DNA from: Flavobacteriales bacterium
Lineage (GTDB): Bacteria; Bacteroidota; Bacteroidia; Palsa-965
DNA length: 64,000 bases
Direction of reading: 5' to 3'
Assembly: GCA_040377305.1 (NCBI GenBank)
Contig: JBEIPA010000016.1
Span: forward strand, 53,414 to 117,413
Shown here: one piece after another, positions 37,828 to 48,090 of the stretch
Layout of the letters: the number at the start of each line of letters is the position of its first letter
Position numbering within the stretch: position 1 is the stretch's first letter
Notes under the pieces: model-generated
What the model was told of the DNA's origin: nothing
Databases searched by the model: none
The model's input: the letters and a program-made list of their open reading frames with translations, nothing else
Made by a program: the position numbers and the translations under genes

Positions 37828-38709
37828 TTACAGTTTAGTAGGGCTTCTCTTCAGCAAATTCCTCAGCGTAAACACCGCACCCACACTCACAACGAGAGAT
37901 ATTGCACCCAGAATGTAAGTTGTTTCCGCTTTCGCCCACCACGATTCGGGATTGTGCTGAACGAAATAGAGGTTGATGATGCCGAATGCGTTGAATATAA
38001 AGTGTCCGGCTATTGATAAGCGTAGACTTCCCGACCACCAGAAAAAATAACCGAGTGCAACTCCCAGAATGAATCGCGCTAAAAATCCGAATGGATCAAT
38101 GTGCAACAAGCTGAAGATAAAAGCAGAGACAATGATAGCAACGTGTGGCTTCTGCGTCCACTCGAGAAGAAGCTGCTGAACCGCACCACGAAAAAATAAT
38201 TCTTCGCAAATAGCAGGTGCTAATGCAGATACAAGCAGGAACACGAGCAAGTCAAGAATCCCCGGCATTTGCTGCGCCCAACTGGAAAACTCAATGCTTT
38301 GTTGACGCTCTGCCACCCAATTCGGATCGGTAATCAGTCCGATGTTCCAGCGCTCAACAATGTCAATGAAGAACACGGAAGCTAGAATCGCGAAGCAGGC
38401 GATGATAACCGGTGTGATACTTACTTTGCGATGCAGCTTGTAATAATCGAAGCGCTCGGGAAGAACTGCATTTGCAAAAATCAACAACGGAACGATGAAC
38501 GTGAACACCGTAAAAAATCCGTTCACCAATTTGGCAATCATCGGAGTTGAAGTTTCCGGAGAAACGCTCAGCCAGGAAAAAGCGGAAAATTTTGCAAATA
38601 GAATAATCACGCCGTAACAACCGAAATGCAGTGCTACGAGCAGCCACAATTTCATTCCGGGCGTGCTGAAAAGGGGCGTAATCGGGCGTTCTTGATCGTT
38701 CTGCTCCAC
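37828..38709 (-). CDS. CPBP family intramembrane metalloprotease
   Basis: PAICEELFFRG, FSLLH, H...N motifs; GTG start at 38709 inferred because the TTG at 38739 lies inside a -7 box. Confidence 0.88.
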   Translation of the reverse strand: MEQNDQERPITPLFSTPGMKLWLLVALHFGCYGVIILFAKFSAFSWLSVSPETSTPMIAKLVNGFFTVFTFIVPLLIFANAVLPERFDYYKLHRKVSITPVIIACFAILASVFFIDIVERWNIGLITDPNWVAERQQSIEFSSWAQQMPGILDLLVFLLVSALAPAICEELFFRGAVQQLLLEWTQKPHVAIIVSAFIFSLLHIDPFGFLARFILGVALGYFFWWSGSLRLSIAGHFIFNAFGIINLYFVQHNPESWWAKAETTYILGAISLVVSVGAVFTLRNLLKRSPTKL

Positions 38710-38832
38710 TGGTGCGAAATGCGTAAATTTGCTGCGCAAAGGTAACTGTTTTGTATCTACACCTCACCCCAACCCCACTCTAAGGGAAAGGGGCTAGTTC
38801 CCGGTCGTAATTACAAAACTCCGTTTCCACTC

Positions 38833-39822
38833 ATGGTTAAAATCGGCAACATAACACTTCCGGATTTTCCGTTGTTACTCGCTCCCATGGAGGACGTGAG
38901 TGATCCGCCTTTCCGTTATGTGTGCAAACAATTCGGAGCCGATCTCATGTACACCGAATTCATTTCTTCGGAAGGATTGATTCGTGATGCCATCAAGAGC
39001 AGAAAGAAACTCGACATTTTCGATTATGAGCGCCCGGTGGGAATTCAGATTTTCGGTGGAGATGAAGAAGCGATGGCGCTCTCGGCAAAAATTGTGGACG
39101 CAGTTCAGCCTGATCTGCTCGACATCAACTTCGGTTGTCCCGTGAAGAAAGTGGTTTGCAAAGGAGCCGGCGCCGGTGTATTGAAAGATATTGATCTCAT
39201 GGTGCGACTCACTTCTGCTGTTGTTAAATCAACATCACTACCCGTCACCGTGAAAACACGTTTGGGATGGGATGAGAGCACGAAGAACATCATGGAAGTT
39301 GCAGAGCGTTTGCAGGATGTTGGTGTGAAAGCACTTTCCATTCACGGTCGCACGCGCATGCAGATGTACAAAGGTGAAGCGGACTGGACACTCATCGGAG
39401 AAGTAAAAAATAATCCCCGCATTCAGATGCCGATTTTCGGAAACGGAGATATTGATTCTCCTGAGAAAGCAATTGAAATGAAAAACCGTTACGGAGTAGA
39501 CGGAGTGATGATTGGTCGCGCGAGCATTGGTTATCCGTGGATCTTCAACGAGATCAAACATTTCATGGAAACAGGAACACACCTTGCTCCGCCTACATTG
39601 CACGATCGGGTGAACGTGTGTCGCACGCATTTGGAAAGATCGATTGAGTGGAAAGGTGAGCACACAGGTATTACCGAGATGCGACAGCACTACAGCAATT
39701 ACTTCAAAGGCATTCCGCATTTCAAAGAATACAGAATGAAGTTGGTGACGTTGATGGAGAAGGAAGGGTTGCTGGAGGTTTTACGTGAGATTGAAGACCG
39801 GAGTATAATCGAAATCAAATGA
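38833..39822 (+). CDS. dusB: tRNA dihydrouridine synthase
   Basis: LAPMEDVSD, DINFGCP, VTVKTRLGW, IHGRT, GNGDI, GVMIGR. Confidence 0.95.
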   Translation: MVKIGNITLPDFPLLLAPMEDVSDPPFRYVCKQFGADLMYTEFISSEGLIRDAIKSRKKLDIFDYERPVGIQIFGGDEEAMALSAKIVDAVQPDLLDINFGCPVKKVVCKGAGAGVLKDIDLMVRLTSAVVKSTSLPVTVKTRLGWDESTKNIMEVAERLQDVGVKALSIHGRTRMQMYKGEADWTLIGEVKNNPRIQMPIFGNGDIDSPEKAIEMKNRYGVDGVMIGRASIGYPWIFNEIKHFMETGTHLAPPTLHDRVNVCRTHLERSIEWKGEHTGITEMRQHYSNYFKGIPHFKEYRMKLVTLMEKEGLLEVLREIEDRSIIEIK

Positions 39823-40427
39823 AGCATTCGTTGCTGATTTTGATTGCCGCAAGTGCATGTTTTTTCGCATGCAATTCGTCTTCATCCGATTCTCCACCAC
39901 TTGTTGATCTTTCTTCAACCGACACTGCGCTGCCTCAAAGCCCCGCTCTTCGTGAGATGATTCTTGCCCTGGAGGCTGCTCCTGTGAAAGAAATTGACAG
40001 CGCGAATCACATACCTGAATTCATTCTCTCCTATCTCGATTCAATTACGGAAGGATTCTCCATTGCGGAGAAGGATGAAGACTGGCAGAGTACATGTGTA
40101 TGGGGTAAAACAACAATGATTACCAAAACTCTGGACCCTCAGAGTGGCGATACTATTACTATCACCACCTACGATACCATCCCTCCTCCTACACGACAAT
40201 TCGTTTGTTTTGCGATGGGTGAACATGTTGCAATGCTTAGTTATAAGACAGGAGGATTTGGCGTGATGCAACACGTAATCCTTTTTATGTTTGAGGACTT
40301 GCGAATTATATCTGTCTGGCATCAGGGTGTTGAAACCGATTTGACCACGAATAAGGAAATTTTATACTTTCTGAAACACAATGAAGAACGCATCTGGTCA
40401 ATGTCGGCCGGAAGCTCCATCCTGTAA
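39819..40427 (+). CDS. Hypothetical lipoprotein
   Basis: Lipobox-like FFAC; 4-nt overlap with dusB. Confidence 0.65.
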   Translation: MKHSLLILIAASACFFACNSSSSDSPPLVDLSSTDTALPQSPALREMILALEAAPVKEIDSANHIPEFILSYLDSITEGFSIAEKDEDWQSTCVWGKTTMITKTLDPQSGDTITITTYDTIPPPTRQFVCFAMGEHVAMLSYKTGGFGVMQHVILFMFEDLRIISVWHQGVETDLTTNKEILYFLKHNEERIWSMSAGSSIL

Positions 40428-40429
40428 TT

Positions 40430-41338
40430 ATGTCCGTAATCGGAAACACACCTCTCATCAAACTCACTCGCCTCTCCGAACCCGGTTGCGCCGACATCTA
40501 CGTCAAGTACGAAGGTGGAAATCCGACCGGCTCGATGAAAGACCGCATGGCGCTTTCCATGATTGAAGGTGCGGAACGTCGTGGTGAACTGAAGACCGGC
40601 GGGACGATCCTCGAATATACCGGTGGAAGCACCGGATGTTCACTCGCGATGGTTGCCGCTACCAAAGGCTACAAAGCGAAGCTTGTTTCTTCGGACGCGT
40701 TCTCAGAAGAGAAACTGCAGATGATGAAAGCGTTCGGTGCTGAACTCATCATGGTTCCTTCGGAGGGCGGAATGATCACCGGAGATTTACTACTGAAACT
40801 CGTTGCGCGTGCGAAAGAACTCAGTACAGAACCAAATACATTCTGGACAGATCAATTCAACAATGTCGACAATCGGAATGCGTATCACGCAATGGCGCGT
40901 GAGATCATTGCAGAGCTGGGAACGTTTGATGAATTCATCACCGGTATTGGAACGGGAGGATCATTCTCCGGTAATTCAGAAATATTCAAGAAAGAAATTC
41001 CAGGTGTAAGTTGTGTTGCAGTGGAGCCGGATGGAGTGCGAACTTATTCGGGTGGAGATAAATCGGGTAAACACCGACTCGAAGGAATCGGAAACAGTTT
41101 CATCACTGCAATCTGCAGAACGGATCTCATAGATAATGTTGTGTCGGTGACGGATGCAGATGCATACACTTATGCACGTCGGCTTGTACGTGAAGAAGGA
41201 ATTTTTGGAGGCACAACTTCCGGTGCGAATATTTGGGCAGCTGTTCAACGCGCGAGAAAGCTTGGCTCCGGAAAGAAAGTTGTAACCTTGGTTTGTGATT
41301 CGGGATTGAAATATCTGAAGGGTGATTTATACAAATAG
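40430..41338 (+). CDS. PLP-dependent cysteine synthase family protein
   Basis: IGNTPL, KYEGGNPTGSMKDR (PLP Lys), DQFNN, GIGTGG, DSGLKY. Confidence 0.9.
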   Translation: MSVIGNTPLIKLTRLSEPGCADIYVKYEGGNPTGSMKDRMALSMIEGAERRGELKTGGTILEYTGGSTGCSLAMVAATKGYKAKLVSSDAFSEEKLQMMKAFGAELIMVPSEGGMITGDLLLKLVARAKELSTEPNTFWTDQFNNVDNRNAYHAMAREIIAELGTFDEFITGIGTGGSFSGNSEIFKKEIPGVSCVAVEPDGVRTYSGGDKSGKHRLEGIGNSFITAICRTDLIDNVVSVTDADAYTYARRLVREEGIFGGTTSGANIWAAVQRARKLGSGKKVVTLVCDSGLKYLKGDLYK

Positions 41339-41341
41339 ACT

Positions 41342-41956
41342 ATGCTGAAGAAAACATTCACTTCCCTTGCTTCTAATTATTGCGACGACGCGACATTGAT
41401 TGAAACGTGCTGGAAAGAAATCGAGTTGAACTATTCTCATCGCAAACGCCATTATCACACGCTAAAGCATCTTGAAAATCTGTACACGTCACTGAATGAA
41501 GTTCGGGAATTAGTCTCCGATTGGAATACACTACTCTTCACCTTGTTCTACCACGACGCAGTTTACAATGCACTGAATGGTGATAACGAGGAGAAAAGTG
41601 CCTCACTTGCGATACAACGACTCAAGGAAATGGATGTCCCGTTCCAAATGATTGAGCGATGTAGCCAGCAGATTCTTGCCACGAAGCAGCATCAGTTTGA
41701 TCGGGATTCTGACACAAACTATTTCACCGACGCTGATCTTTCCATTCTGGGTGCAGACTGGAGTGCATATTCAGAATATGCCGCGAACGTGCGAAAGGAG
41801 TATTCGATGTATCCAGACCTTCTTTACAAGCCGGGACGTAGAAAAGTATTACTGCATTTTCTGAATATGAAGGGAATTTTCAAGACCGTGCACTTTTCCG
41901 AAAAGTTTGAATCGCAGGCAAGATTGAATCTGCAGCAAGAACTAAAAACGCTATGA
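41342..41956 (+). CDS. Predicted HD-superfamily metal-dependent phosphohydrolase
   Basis: RHYHTLKH, FYHDAVY, NEEKSA, DADLSILG, VRKEY. Confidence 0.85.
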   Translation: MLKKTFTSLASNYCDDATLIETCWKEIELNYSHRKRHYHTLKHLENLYTSLNEVRELVSDWNTLLFTLFYHDAVYNALNGDNEEKSASLAIQRLKEMDVPFQMIERCSQQILATKQHQFDRDSDTNYFTDADLSILGADWSAYSEYAANVRKEYSMYPDLLYKPGRRKVLLHFLNMKGIFKTVHFSEKFESQARLNLQQELKTL

Positions 41957-42405
41957 TTACGCTGTTGCGCACAACCTCCGACAATGTTGACTTCCTCGAA
42001 CTTGTTCGTCAACTCGACGTTGATCTCAAAATTCGCGATGGCGAGGATCATCCGTTCTATGATCAGTTCAATAAAGTGGACGCGATCAAACATGTAGTTA
42101 TGGCTTACGACAATGAATTGCCCGTTGGTTGTGGTGCGATCAAGGAGTTTGATTCCGGATCAATGGAAGTGAAACGTATGTACACGCCACCCGAACGTCG
42201 CGGAAAGGGAATCGCCGTTACAGTACTTACTGAATTGGAACAATGGGCGAAAGAACTTGGCTACAAAACCTGCGTACTTGAAACAGGGAAAGCTCAGCCC
42301 GAAGCAATTGCGTTGTACACGAAATGCGGATACAAGATCATTTCGAATTATGGGCAATATGCGGGTGTTGCCAACAGTGTGTGCTTCCAAAAAATGATTA
42401 GTTGA
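41953..42405 (+). CDS. GNAT family N-acetyltransferase
   Basis: VGCGA, EVKRMY...RGKGIA, LETG..QPEAIALY. Confidence 0.92.
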   Translation: MITLLRTTSDNVDFLELVRQLDVDLKIRDGEDHPFYDQFNKVDAIKHVVMAYDNELPVGCGAIKEFDSGSMEVKRMYTPPERRGKGIAVTVLTELEQWAKELGYKTCVLETGKAQPEAIALYTKCGYKIISNYGQYAGVANSVCFQKMIS

Positions 42406-42504
42406 CCCTTCGACAGGCTCAGGACAAGTATGCCGATTAGTTAATTAGTCGATTACTTTGTTATTTTAGAAGGCGTTTACTCACTAACACATCACTAGTC
42501 TACT

Positions 42505-43218
42505 ATGAAACTTTTTTCTGCCATCATCAAACTCTCCGGAGGCGCACTCATTCTGGTTGCCGTTGTCGGATTTATCTGCGGACTTTTTGATTACGTATTG
42601 GTCATCAAAGGCGCAGAGATGCCGTTAGTTGATGGTGCTGTTGCCGTTGCGTTGGCCGTTACCGGTATTGTGTTTTTTGCTTTGGGATGGTTTCTCGAAA
42701 AACGTGCGGAAAAAAAAGATCCTGAAAATCGTGCACCACTATTAGACGTCAATGATCTTAAGTTCATAGAGAAAGCAATCAAGCGCACGCGAAAACGTAA
42801 TTACATTTTCGGAATATTTATGATCGTTGTTGCGGGATTCTTCTTTGTGGTTCCGTTTCTCGATCCTGAAGCTGATCCTTCCAGCGGAGGTTCCATCTTC
42901 ATTTTTGTTCTGGCTGCCTTGATGATTGGTGCTGGATTCTTCATGTTACTCAAAGCAGTTAAACTGAACAATATTCCGGAATCCGACATCTACAAGAAGA
43001 TCATGCTCGAGCCGAAAACAATTACGGGTCTTGACGGACAAATCATTCGCAACGCGTATACGAAACACGGAGCTCAGGTTAATGCAACGATATCCATTAG
43101 CACGAAGAAGATTGCGGTGCTGAATGTAAATGAAACTGAACTGGAATTGCTTCGCCAGTATTTACTGAAGCATAATCCGAATTTGCAGTACAAGGTAACC
43201 GAGTCGAGGGTAAATTAG
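42505..43218 (+). CDS. Hypothetical membrane protein (4 TM)
   Basis: Four hydrophobic segments; no recognised domain. Confidence 0.7.
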   Translation: MKLFSAIIKLSGGALILVAVVGFICGLFDYVLVIKGAEMPLVDGAVAVALAVTGIVFFALGWFLEKRAEKKDPENRAPLLDVNDLKFIEKAIKRTRKRNYIFGIFMIVVAGFFFVVPFLDPEADPSSGGSIFIFVLAALMIGAGFFMLLKAVKLNNIPESDIYKKIMLEPKTITGLDGQIIRNAYTKHGAQVNATISISTKKIAVLNVNETELELLRQYLLKHNPNLQYKVTESRVN

Positions 43219-43853
43219 AACGACACTCTAAAGTTTATTGAACCAGGCATTTTACTTTTAACGGAAAGTGAATTCCCATGAGTGATCTCAGTGTTTGAAG
43301 GTGAGTTGAAATCGAGGTAGTTCACCCAAGTGGTTTCATAAATTATATCCATTCCTGTTTCGAATCCGAATGCAATTCTTGGATTTAGTTGACAGTATAT
43401 ACCGGCAATAGGAGCACCTCCTAACTCCGATCTCCAGATTTTCCGTTCATAATCACTATAATCAGAAATGTATTTAGCGTATGACTCTTCGTATCCAATA
43501 ATCGCATCCACCCCGCCGTAAAAATTCCATTTACGCCATTGAAAGATTTTATACTCAAACCCGGGTCGCAAATCTGCTCTGAAAAACTGATAGTCATTCA
43601 GGCCTGTTGATCCATGGGTTGTATAGTCGTTCGTCCCTCTGCCACCTATGCCCACACGTAGTGAGGCCTTCTTAAACACGCGACGGTAAGTGAGCACTTC
43701 TGAATCATTGAAATTTGAAGAACCGAATAGCCCTTCTATTAGACCGTTCACATTCACGGAAACAACATTCTTAAAACCTTTAGTTGAGTCGCTTTGTGCT
43801 GAAAGATTAAATAGACACAGTGTAGCAACGGCAAGGAGAAGTAGCTTTTTCAT
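43215..43853 (-). CDS. Putative outer-membrane beta-barrel protein
   Basis: Signal peptide MKKLLLL...SAQ, alternating beta strands, terminal Phe. Confidence 0.7.
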   Translation of the reverse strand: MKKLLLLAVATLCLFNLSAQSDSTKGFKNVVSVNVNGLIEGLFGSSNFNDSEVLTYRRVFKKASLRVGIGGRGTNDYTTHGSTGLNDYQFFRADLRPGFEYKIFQWRKWNFYGGVDAIIGYEESYAKYISDYSDYERKIWRSELGGAPIAGIYCQLNPRIAFGFETGMDIIYETTWVNYLDFNSPSNTEITHGNSLSVKSKMPGSINFRVSF

Positions 43854-43960
43854 TTCGCAGCGTTTTGGTTTAACTGATTGACGTGAAAATAGATTGAGGT
43901 TGCCACAAAAATGTGTTCGCTTGACAAGTGGCGCTACATTACCTACATCTGGCCGCTGCA

Positions 43961-44001
43961 AAACAAAACGCCCCGACGATCGTTTCCGATGTCGGGGCGT
44001 T
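43961..44001 (-). terminator. Intrinsic terminator
   Basis: AACGCCCCGAC/GTCGGGGCGTT 11-bp stem plus T-rich tail on the minus strand, downstream of the 47298-44023 gene. Confidence 0.8.
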
Positions 44002-44022
44002 CCAAATTAATAAGTACACATA

Positions 44023-47000
44023 CTATTCTTTCACGAGTCGCACGACTTTACCTTCTGTGGTGCGGATGAAGTAAACTCCGCCTTCGAGTGAAGTAAGATC
44101 AAGTGTGATCGTGTTCTGAACCTGTTGTGCCAATACTACTTCCCCGAGCGCGTTGAAGATTACAACTTGCGTCGGTTTGCTTGTAGCAATTGTTACGTTA
44201 CCCAAAGTTGGATTCGGGAATACACTGAAGATGTAGTCAACTGTTGGATCATCGATACCGATGTTCGTTACAGGTGTACAAGCAGATGTATCTGAACAAG
44301 CGCTGTCGGTAACGACTACCGCATAACTTCCGTTCGCGGTTGCTGTATAAGAAGAGCTTGTTGCTCCGGCAATTGGCTGCATGTTCGAACAGTCAATCCA
44401 CTGATAAGAAGTTGCTGAGGCGTTGTTCGCAGAAAGCGTAGCTCCATTACCTGTCACGGTAACACCAACGTTCACTGTATTCACAACAAGCATTGTAGTT
44501 ACAACACTGTCGCAACCAGCTCCTGACGTCAATGAATCAACGTAAGTTCCGCTTGCACCATAAGTGTTCGCTCCCACTGTGATCGTTTGCCCATTGCAGA
44601 TCGTGAACGACTGTGATGTTGAAACAGAAGGTGTCACAGAAAGGTTTGTTGTTACGATTGAGTCGCAACCGTTCATTGCAGCAAGTGTATCAGAGTACAT
44701 CCCCGAAGCAGTGTAGGTGTTGGCTCCAACTGTGTAAGAATCACCAGCACAAATTGTTGGCGACTGTGATGCCCAGATCAACGTGTCAACGGTAAGGTTA
44801 GTCGTGATGATTGAATCGCAACCCATTGCATTTGTAAGTGTATCCATATACATGCCACTCATGTTGTATGTGTTGCTGCCGACCATGATTGAATCACCGT
44901 AGCAAACAGACAAGCTCTGCGTCATCATTGATGGCTGCATTACTGTAACCATGAACATTGCAGAGTCTGTACATCCTGTTGCGGTAACTGTACCAACAAC
45001 CCAATACGTTGAATCCAACACTGGAGACACGGTGTAGTTTGTGGTAGCAGGTCCATTTACCCATGAATAAGAATCTGCACCTGAAGCCATCAACGTAGTT
45101 GAGTCACCAGCACAAATCATATTGTTACCGGTTACACCCACTGAAGGTGAAGCGTTGATCGTAACGTTGATTGTATCCATATCCGTACAACCGAATGAAT
45201 TCGTCACAGTGACGTTGTATGCTCCGGAAGAAGATACAGTTTCCATCTGCGCTACTCCACCGTTACTCCATGCGTACGTTGTGTTTCCTGCGCCTGCGTC
45301 GAGTGTTGCAGAGTCACATGCTGTTACATCAGAACCGAGGTTGACAGTTGCTGCGTTGAAGTTTACAGAAATTGTATCCTGCATTGTGCCGCAAGGAGTA
45401 GTTACAGTTACCGAATAAACACCGTTTGAAGTGATCGTGCGTGTTTGCGCTGCAGAAGCGTCATCCCATAAGAATGTTGCTCCAGGCCAGATTCCCGCAT
45501 CAAGTGTATAAACCAGATCGCATACGGTCGTGTCTGCACCCAGCATTACGTCAGAGTTCGCATCAACAGACACTAAGTAAATACTGTCGCGGTTTACGCA
45601 AGCACCGTTTGTAACATCAACCCAATACCAACCTGTTGTTGATGCTGTGATCGTTGAAGTAGTTGCTCCTGTGCTCCATGCATAAGTAACTGAAAGCGGG
45701 TATCCGAAGTCAGCGGAAAGCGTTGCTGTTGTTGGAGAACAAACGAGTTGATCTGCTCCGAGGTAAACACCGTCGGTGATAATCACGTCGTCAAATGCAA
45801 CTCCGTCATCGGTAACTGAACCATCCGTTCCAAATGCAAATCTAACTTTCACGTTTGGTTGGTTAGCCACTCCCGCCAGGTGGTGACGAGCTGTTACCCA
45901 TCCACCTGAACCGTTTGTAGTCGAAGTACGTCCTGACCAACCTTCCTGATAACCGCCTGGTGCACCTACGATGCTGTTATCGGTATACCACATCATCTGG
46001 TCACCGAATGTACCTTGAAGCTGCCATGTTTGTCCACCGTCAATAGAAGTAACAACGTTCATTCCATCCCATGAGAATTCTGCATTCCACCAAATACGTG
46101 CTGAAATAACAGGATCACATAAATTCGTGAAATCAAAACACGGACCTTCAACCCAGGAGTTATCACTGTCCATGTAAAATCCTGTACCAAGTCCTCCGGT
46201 AACGAAAGAATTTACGCCTGAAGACGCGCTATTGATAGTAGTCTTTGCTGGTGTTCCAAATGCCCATGTTCCGTTAACGTTGTTGTTGATTACCCATCCG
46301 TTCTGTCCTGTTTCAAAATCCTGCACGTAAGGGTATGTTGATATAATCGGTATTCCAATTGATGAGCCTGTAGAAGTATTGTTGGTCGGTCCAAGATCCG
46401 GAGCCCAGTTAATCGTAACCGTATAGCTTACTGAAGAAGGTCCCGAAAGATCGACGCATCCAAATGAATAACTGATTGTATCTCCAGGCAGGAGGTTCGC
46501 CGCCAATGTAACAGTGCTATTGAAGGTGCCTGCATTCGAAACCAATGTCACAGGAATTTGTGTCCCAACAAGCTGCGTATTGCTACCCATGTTGATAATA
46601 TCTACAGACACTGGAGTGCAAGCACTATTGCCACATCCACCACCTGCAATTGCATTCACAGCTTTTAAATCATCCGCCAACGGCATATACACGCGTATAT
46701 CATCCAAGGCAGCATCAGATTCGAAGCTTGTTCCGCTCACAAAACGAAAACGTACACGAACGCTGTCGTCACCTGCAAATGCAGCAAGACTGATGTCCAT
46801 CATCTGCCATGCATTCAGATTGTTTGTCCAGGCAGGAACGATGTCCAACTCCCAGTTGTTAGTTTCAGATGTGTCAACGTCAATGTGCATCACACCCATT
46901 GTAGCGCCGTACATGTGGTACCAGAATTCCATGCGAGGCGCTGATAAGGCACTAAAATCATAAATCGCGCTTACGCAATTAGCGGTGGTGTTATTACACC

Positions 47001-47298
47001 CGGATGTTTCGCAATAGAAATATTTTCCCACTGCGCTGTTCAGTGTGTGATCGACATCCGGTCCGGTAGCCGTTGATGGTGTTGAACCGTCTTCCAAAAG
47101 CCAATCCATTCCGGCCTGAGGATATCCGTACTGGTCTCCGTTTCTCCAATCAGTTGTAGGATTACAGTTCCCAGGACATGATGTCCCGCAATTTGCTTGT
47201 CCTTCGAAATCTGTTGTGTTTGGAAAGGTGTTGATGACCTGACCGTTTACAGCGATTCCAAAAGCTAAACCTGCTATAAGTGAATAAATTTTCTTCAT
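44023..47298 (-). CDS. MAM-domain T9SS type-A CTD surface protein
   Basis: GSTPSTATGPDVDHT...FWYHMYG...DAALDDI (MAM), second jelly-roll-like module, GCDS.ITT.L.V repeats, VFPNPT...RLVKE CTD. Confidence 0.88.
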   Translation of the reverse strand: MKKIYSLIAGLAFGIAVNGQVINTFPNTTDFEGQANCGTSCPGNCNPTTDWRNGDQYGYPQAGMDWLLEDGSTPSTATGPDVDHTLNSAVGKYFYCETSGCNNTTANCVSAIYDFSALSAPRMEFWYHMYGATMGVMHIDVDTSETNNWELDIVPAWTNNLNAWQMMDISLAAFAGDDSVRVRFRFVSGTSFESDAALDDIRVYMPLADDLKAVNAIAGGGCGNSACTPVSVDIINMGSNTQLVGTQIPVTLVSNAGTFNSTVTLAANLLPGDTISYSFGCVDLSGPSSVSYTVTINWAPDLGPTNNTSTGSSIGIPIISTYPYVQDFETGQNGWVINNNVNGTWAFGTPAKTTINSASSGVNSFVTGGLGTGFYMDSDNSWVEGPCFDFTNLCDPVISARIWWNAEFSWDGMNVVTSIDGGQTWQLQGTFGDQMMWYTDNSIVGAPGGYQEGWSGRTSTTNGSGGWVTARHHLAGVANQPNVKVRFAFGTDGSVTDDGVAFDDVIITDGVYLGADQLVCSPTTATLSADFGYPLSVTYAWSTGATTSTITASTTGWYWVDVTNGACVNRDSIYLVSVDANSDVMLGADTTVCDLVYTLDAGIWPGATFLWDDASAAQTRTITSNGVYSVTVTTPCGTMQDTISVNFNAATVNLGSDVTACDSATLDAGAGNTTYAWSNGGVAQMETVSSSGAYNVTVTNSFGCTDMDTINVTINASPSVGVTGNNMICAGDSTTLMASGADSYSWVNGPATTNYTVSPVLDSTYWVVGTVTATGCTDSAMFMVTVMQPSMMTQSLSVCYGDSIMVGSNTYNMSGMYMDTLTNAMGCDSIITTNLTVDTLIWASQSPTICAGDSYTVGANTYTASGMYSDTLAAMNGCDSIVTTNLSVTPSVSTSQSFTICNGQTITVGANTYGASGTYVDSLTSGAGCDSVVTTMLVVNTVNVGVTVTGNGATLSANNASATSYQWIDCSNMQPIAGATSSSYTATANGSYAVVVTDSACSDTSACTPVTNIGIDDPTVDYIFSVFPNPTLGNVTIATSKPTQVVIFNALGEVVLAQQVQNTITLDLTSLEGGVYFIRTTEGKVVRLVKE

Positions 47299-47425
47299 GT
47301 AGTTTGTTTATGTGTATGTAAAGGTTTTAAGGATGACAAAGATATCAATGCACTTCACGTCACCAATGAATATCGGTAACTGATGTCGATTAGTCGGTGT
47401 ATAGAAAAGAAAGTAAGCGCGTTTA

Positions 47426-47935
47426 CTAAATAAACAGCGCTTTTAGTTCAGTAGCGTCTGCTGGTTTCATTTTTCCAGCGAGAATAAGAGCCAACTGACG
47501 ACGACGAAGTGCTCCAGCGAATCGTTCTTTTTCTAAGTCTGTAACAGGTTCAATGGGCGGAACCGGAAGCGGTTGTCCGTTCTGATCAACTGCTACGAAA
47601 GTATAGATTGCTTCGTTGCTCTTCATTTTATCACCCGATACAGGATCTTCAACAAACACATCGATGAAAACTTCCATTGAAGTTGAAAACGCGCGCGAAA
47701 CTTTTGCTTCGAGAGTAACAATCGCTGCATAAGGAATAGGCTGCTGAAACGATACGTGATTCACCGTAGCTGTAACAACAACACGTCGACAATGACGGTG
47801 TGCAGAAATCGCCGCAATTACATCCATCCATTCAAGCAGGCGACCACCGAAGAGATTCTTCAGGTTGTTGGTATCATTCGGAAGAACATGGTGCGTGGCA
47901 ACAGCCAATGACTCGGAAGGTGATTTCGATTTCAT
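47426..47935 (-). CDS. Acyl-CoA thioesterase (hotdog fold)
   Basis: VLPNDTN...LFGG.LL.WMD, VVTA, TSMEV, TFVAVD. Confidence 0.93.
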   Translation of the reverse strand: MKSKSPSESLAVATHHVLPNDTNNLKNLFGGRLLEWMDVIAAISAHRHCRRVVVTATVNHVSFQQPIPYAAIVTLEAKVSRAFSTSMEVFIDVFVEDPVSGDKMKSNEAIYTFVAVDQNGQPLPVPPIEPVTDLEKERFAGALRRRQLALILAGKMKPADATELKALFI

Positions 47936-47945
47936 GGGTCAAAGA

Positions 47946-48090
47946 TAGATGGGAGTTGGGAGATGGGAGACGGGAGTGACTTAAATGTTGAAGGTTCTTT
48001 GAAAATAATGATGCGTTCTTAGCCGTTTCACATGTTTTAAGCACACAAAAGTGCGTAAACACCTGACTCCCATCTCCCCACTCCCATCTA
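47946..48090. repeat. Inverted heptamer microsatellite (GGGAGAT/ATCTCCC) between divergent genes
   Basis: 47946-47969 vs 48067-48090 are 23/24 complementary. Confidence 0.85.

Noticed and set aside
37828-38709. CPBP (Abi-named) protein as a phage-defence gene next to the tRNA att site
   Set aside because: CPBP proteases are ordinary membrane peptidases; the gene lies outside the direct repeats and has no defence neighbours
38833-43853. dus-associated genomic island
   Set aside because: No integrase, att repeat or mobility gene seen; 43215-43853 looks AT-richer by eye, which is not sufficient
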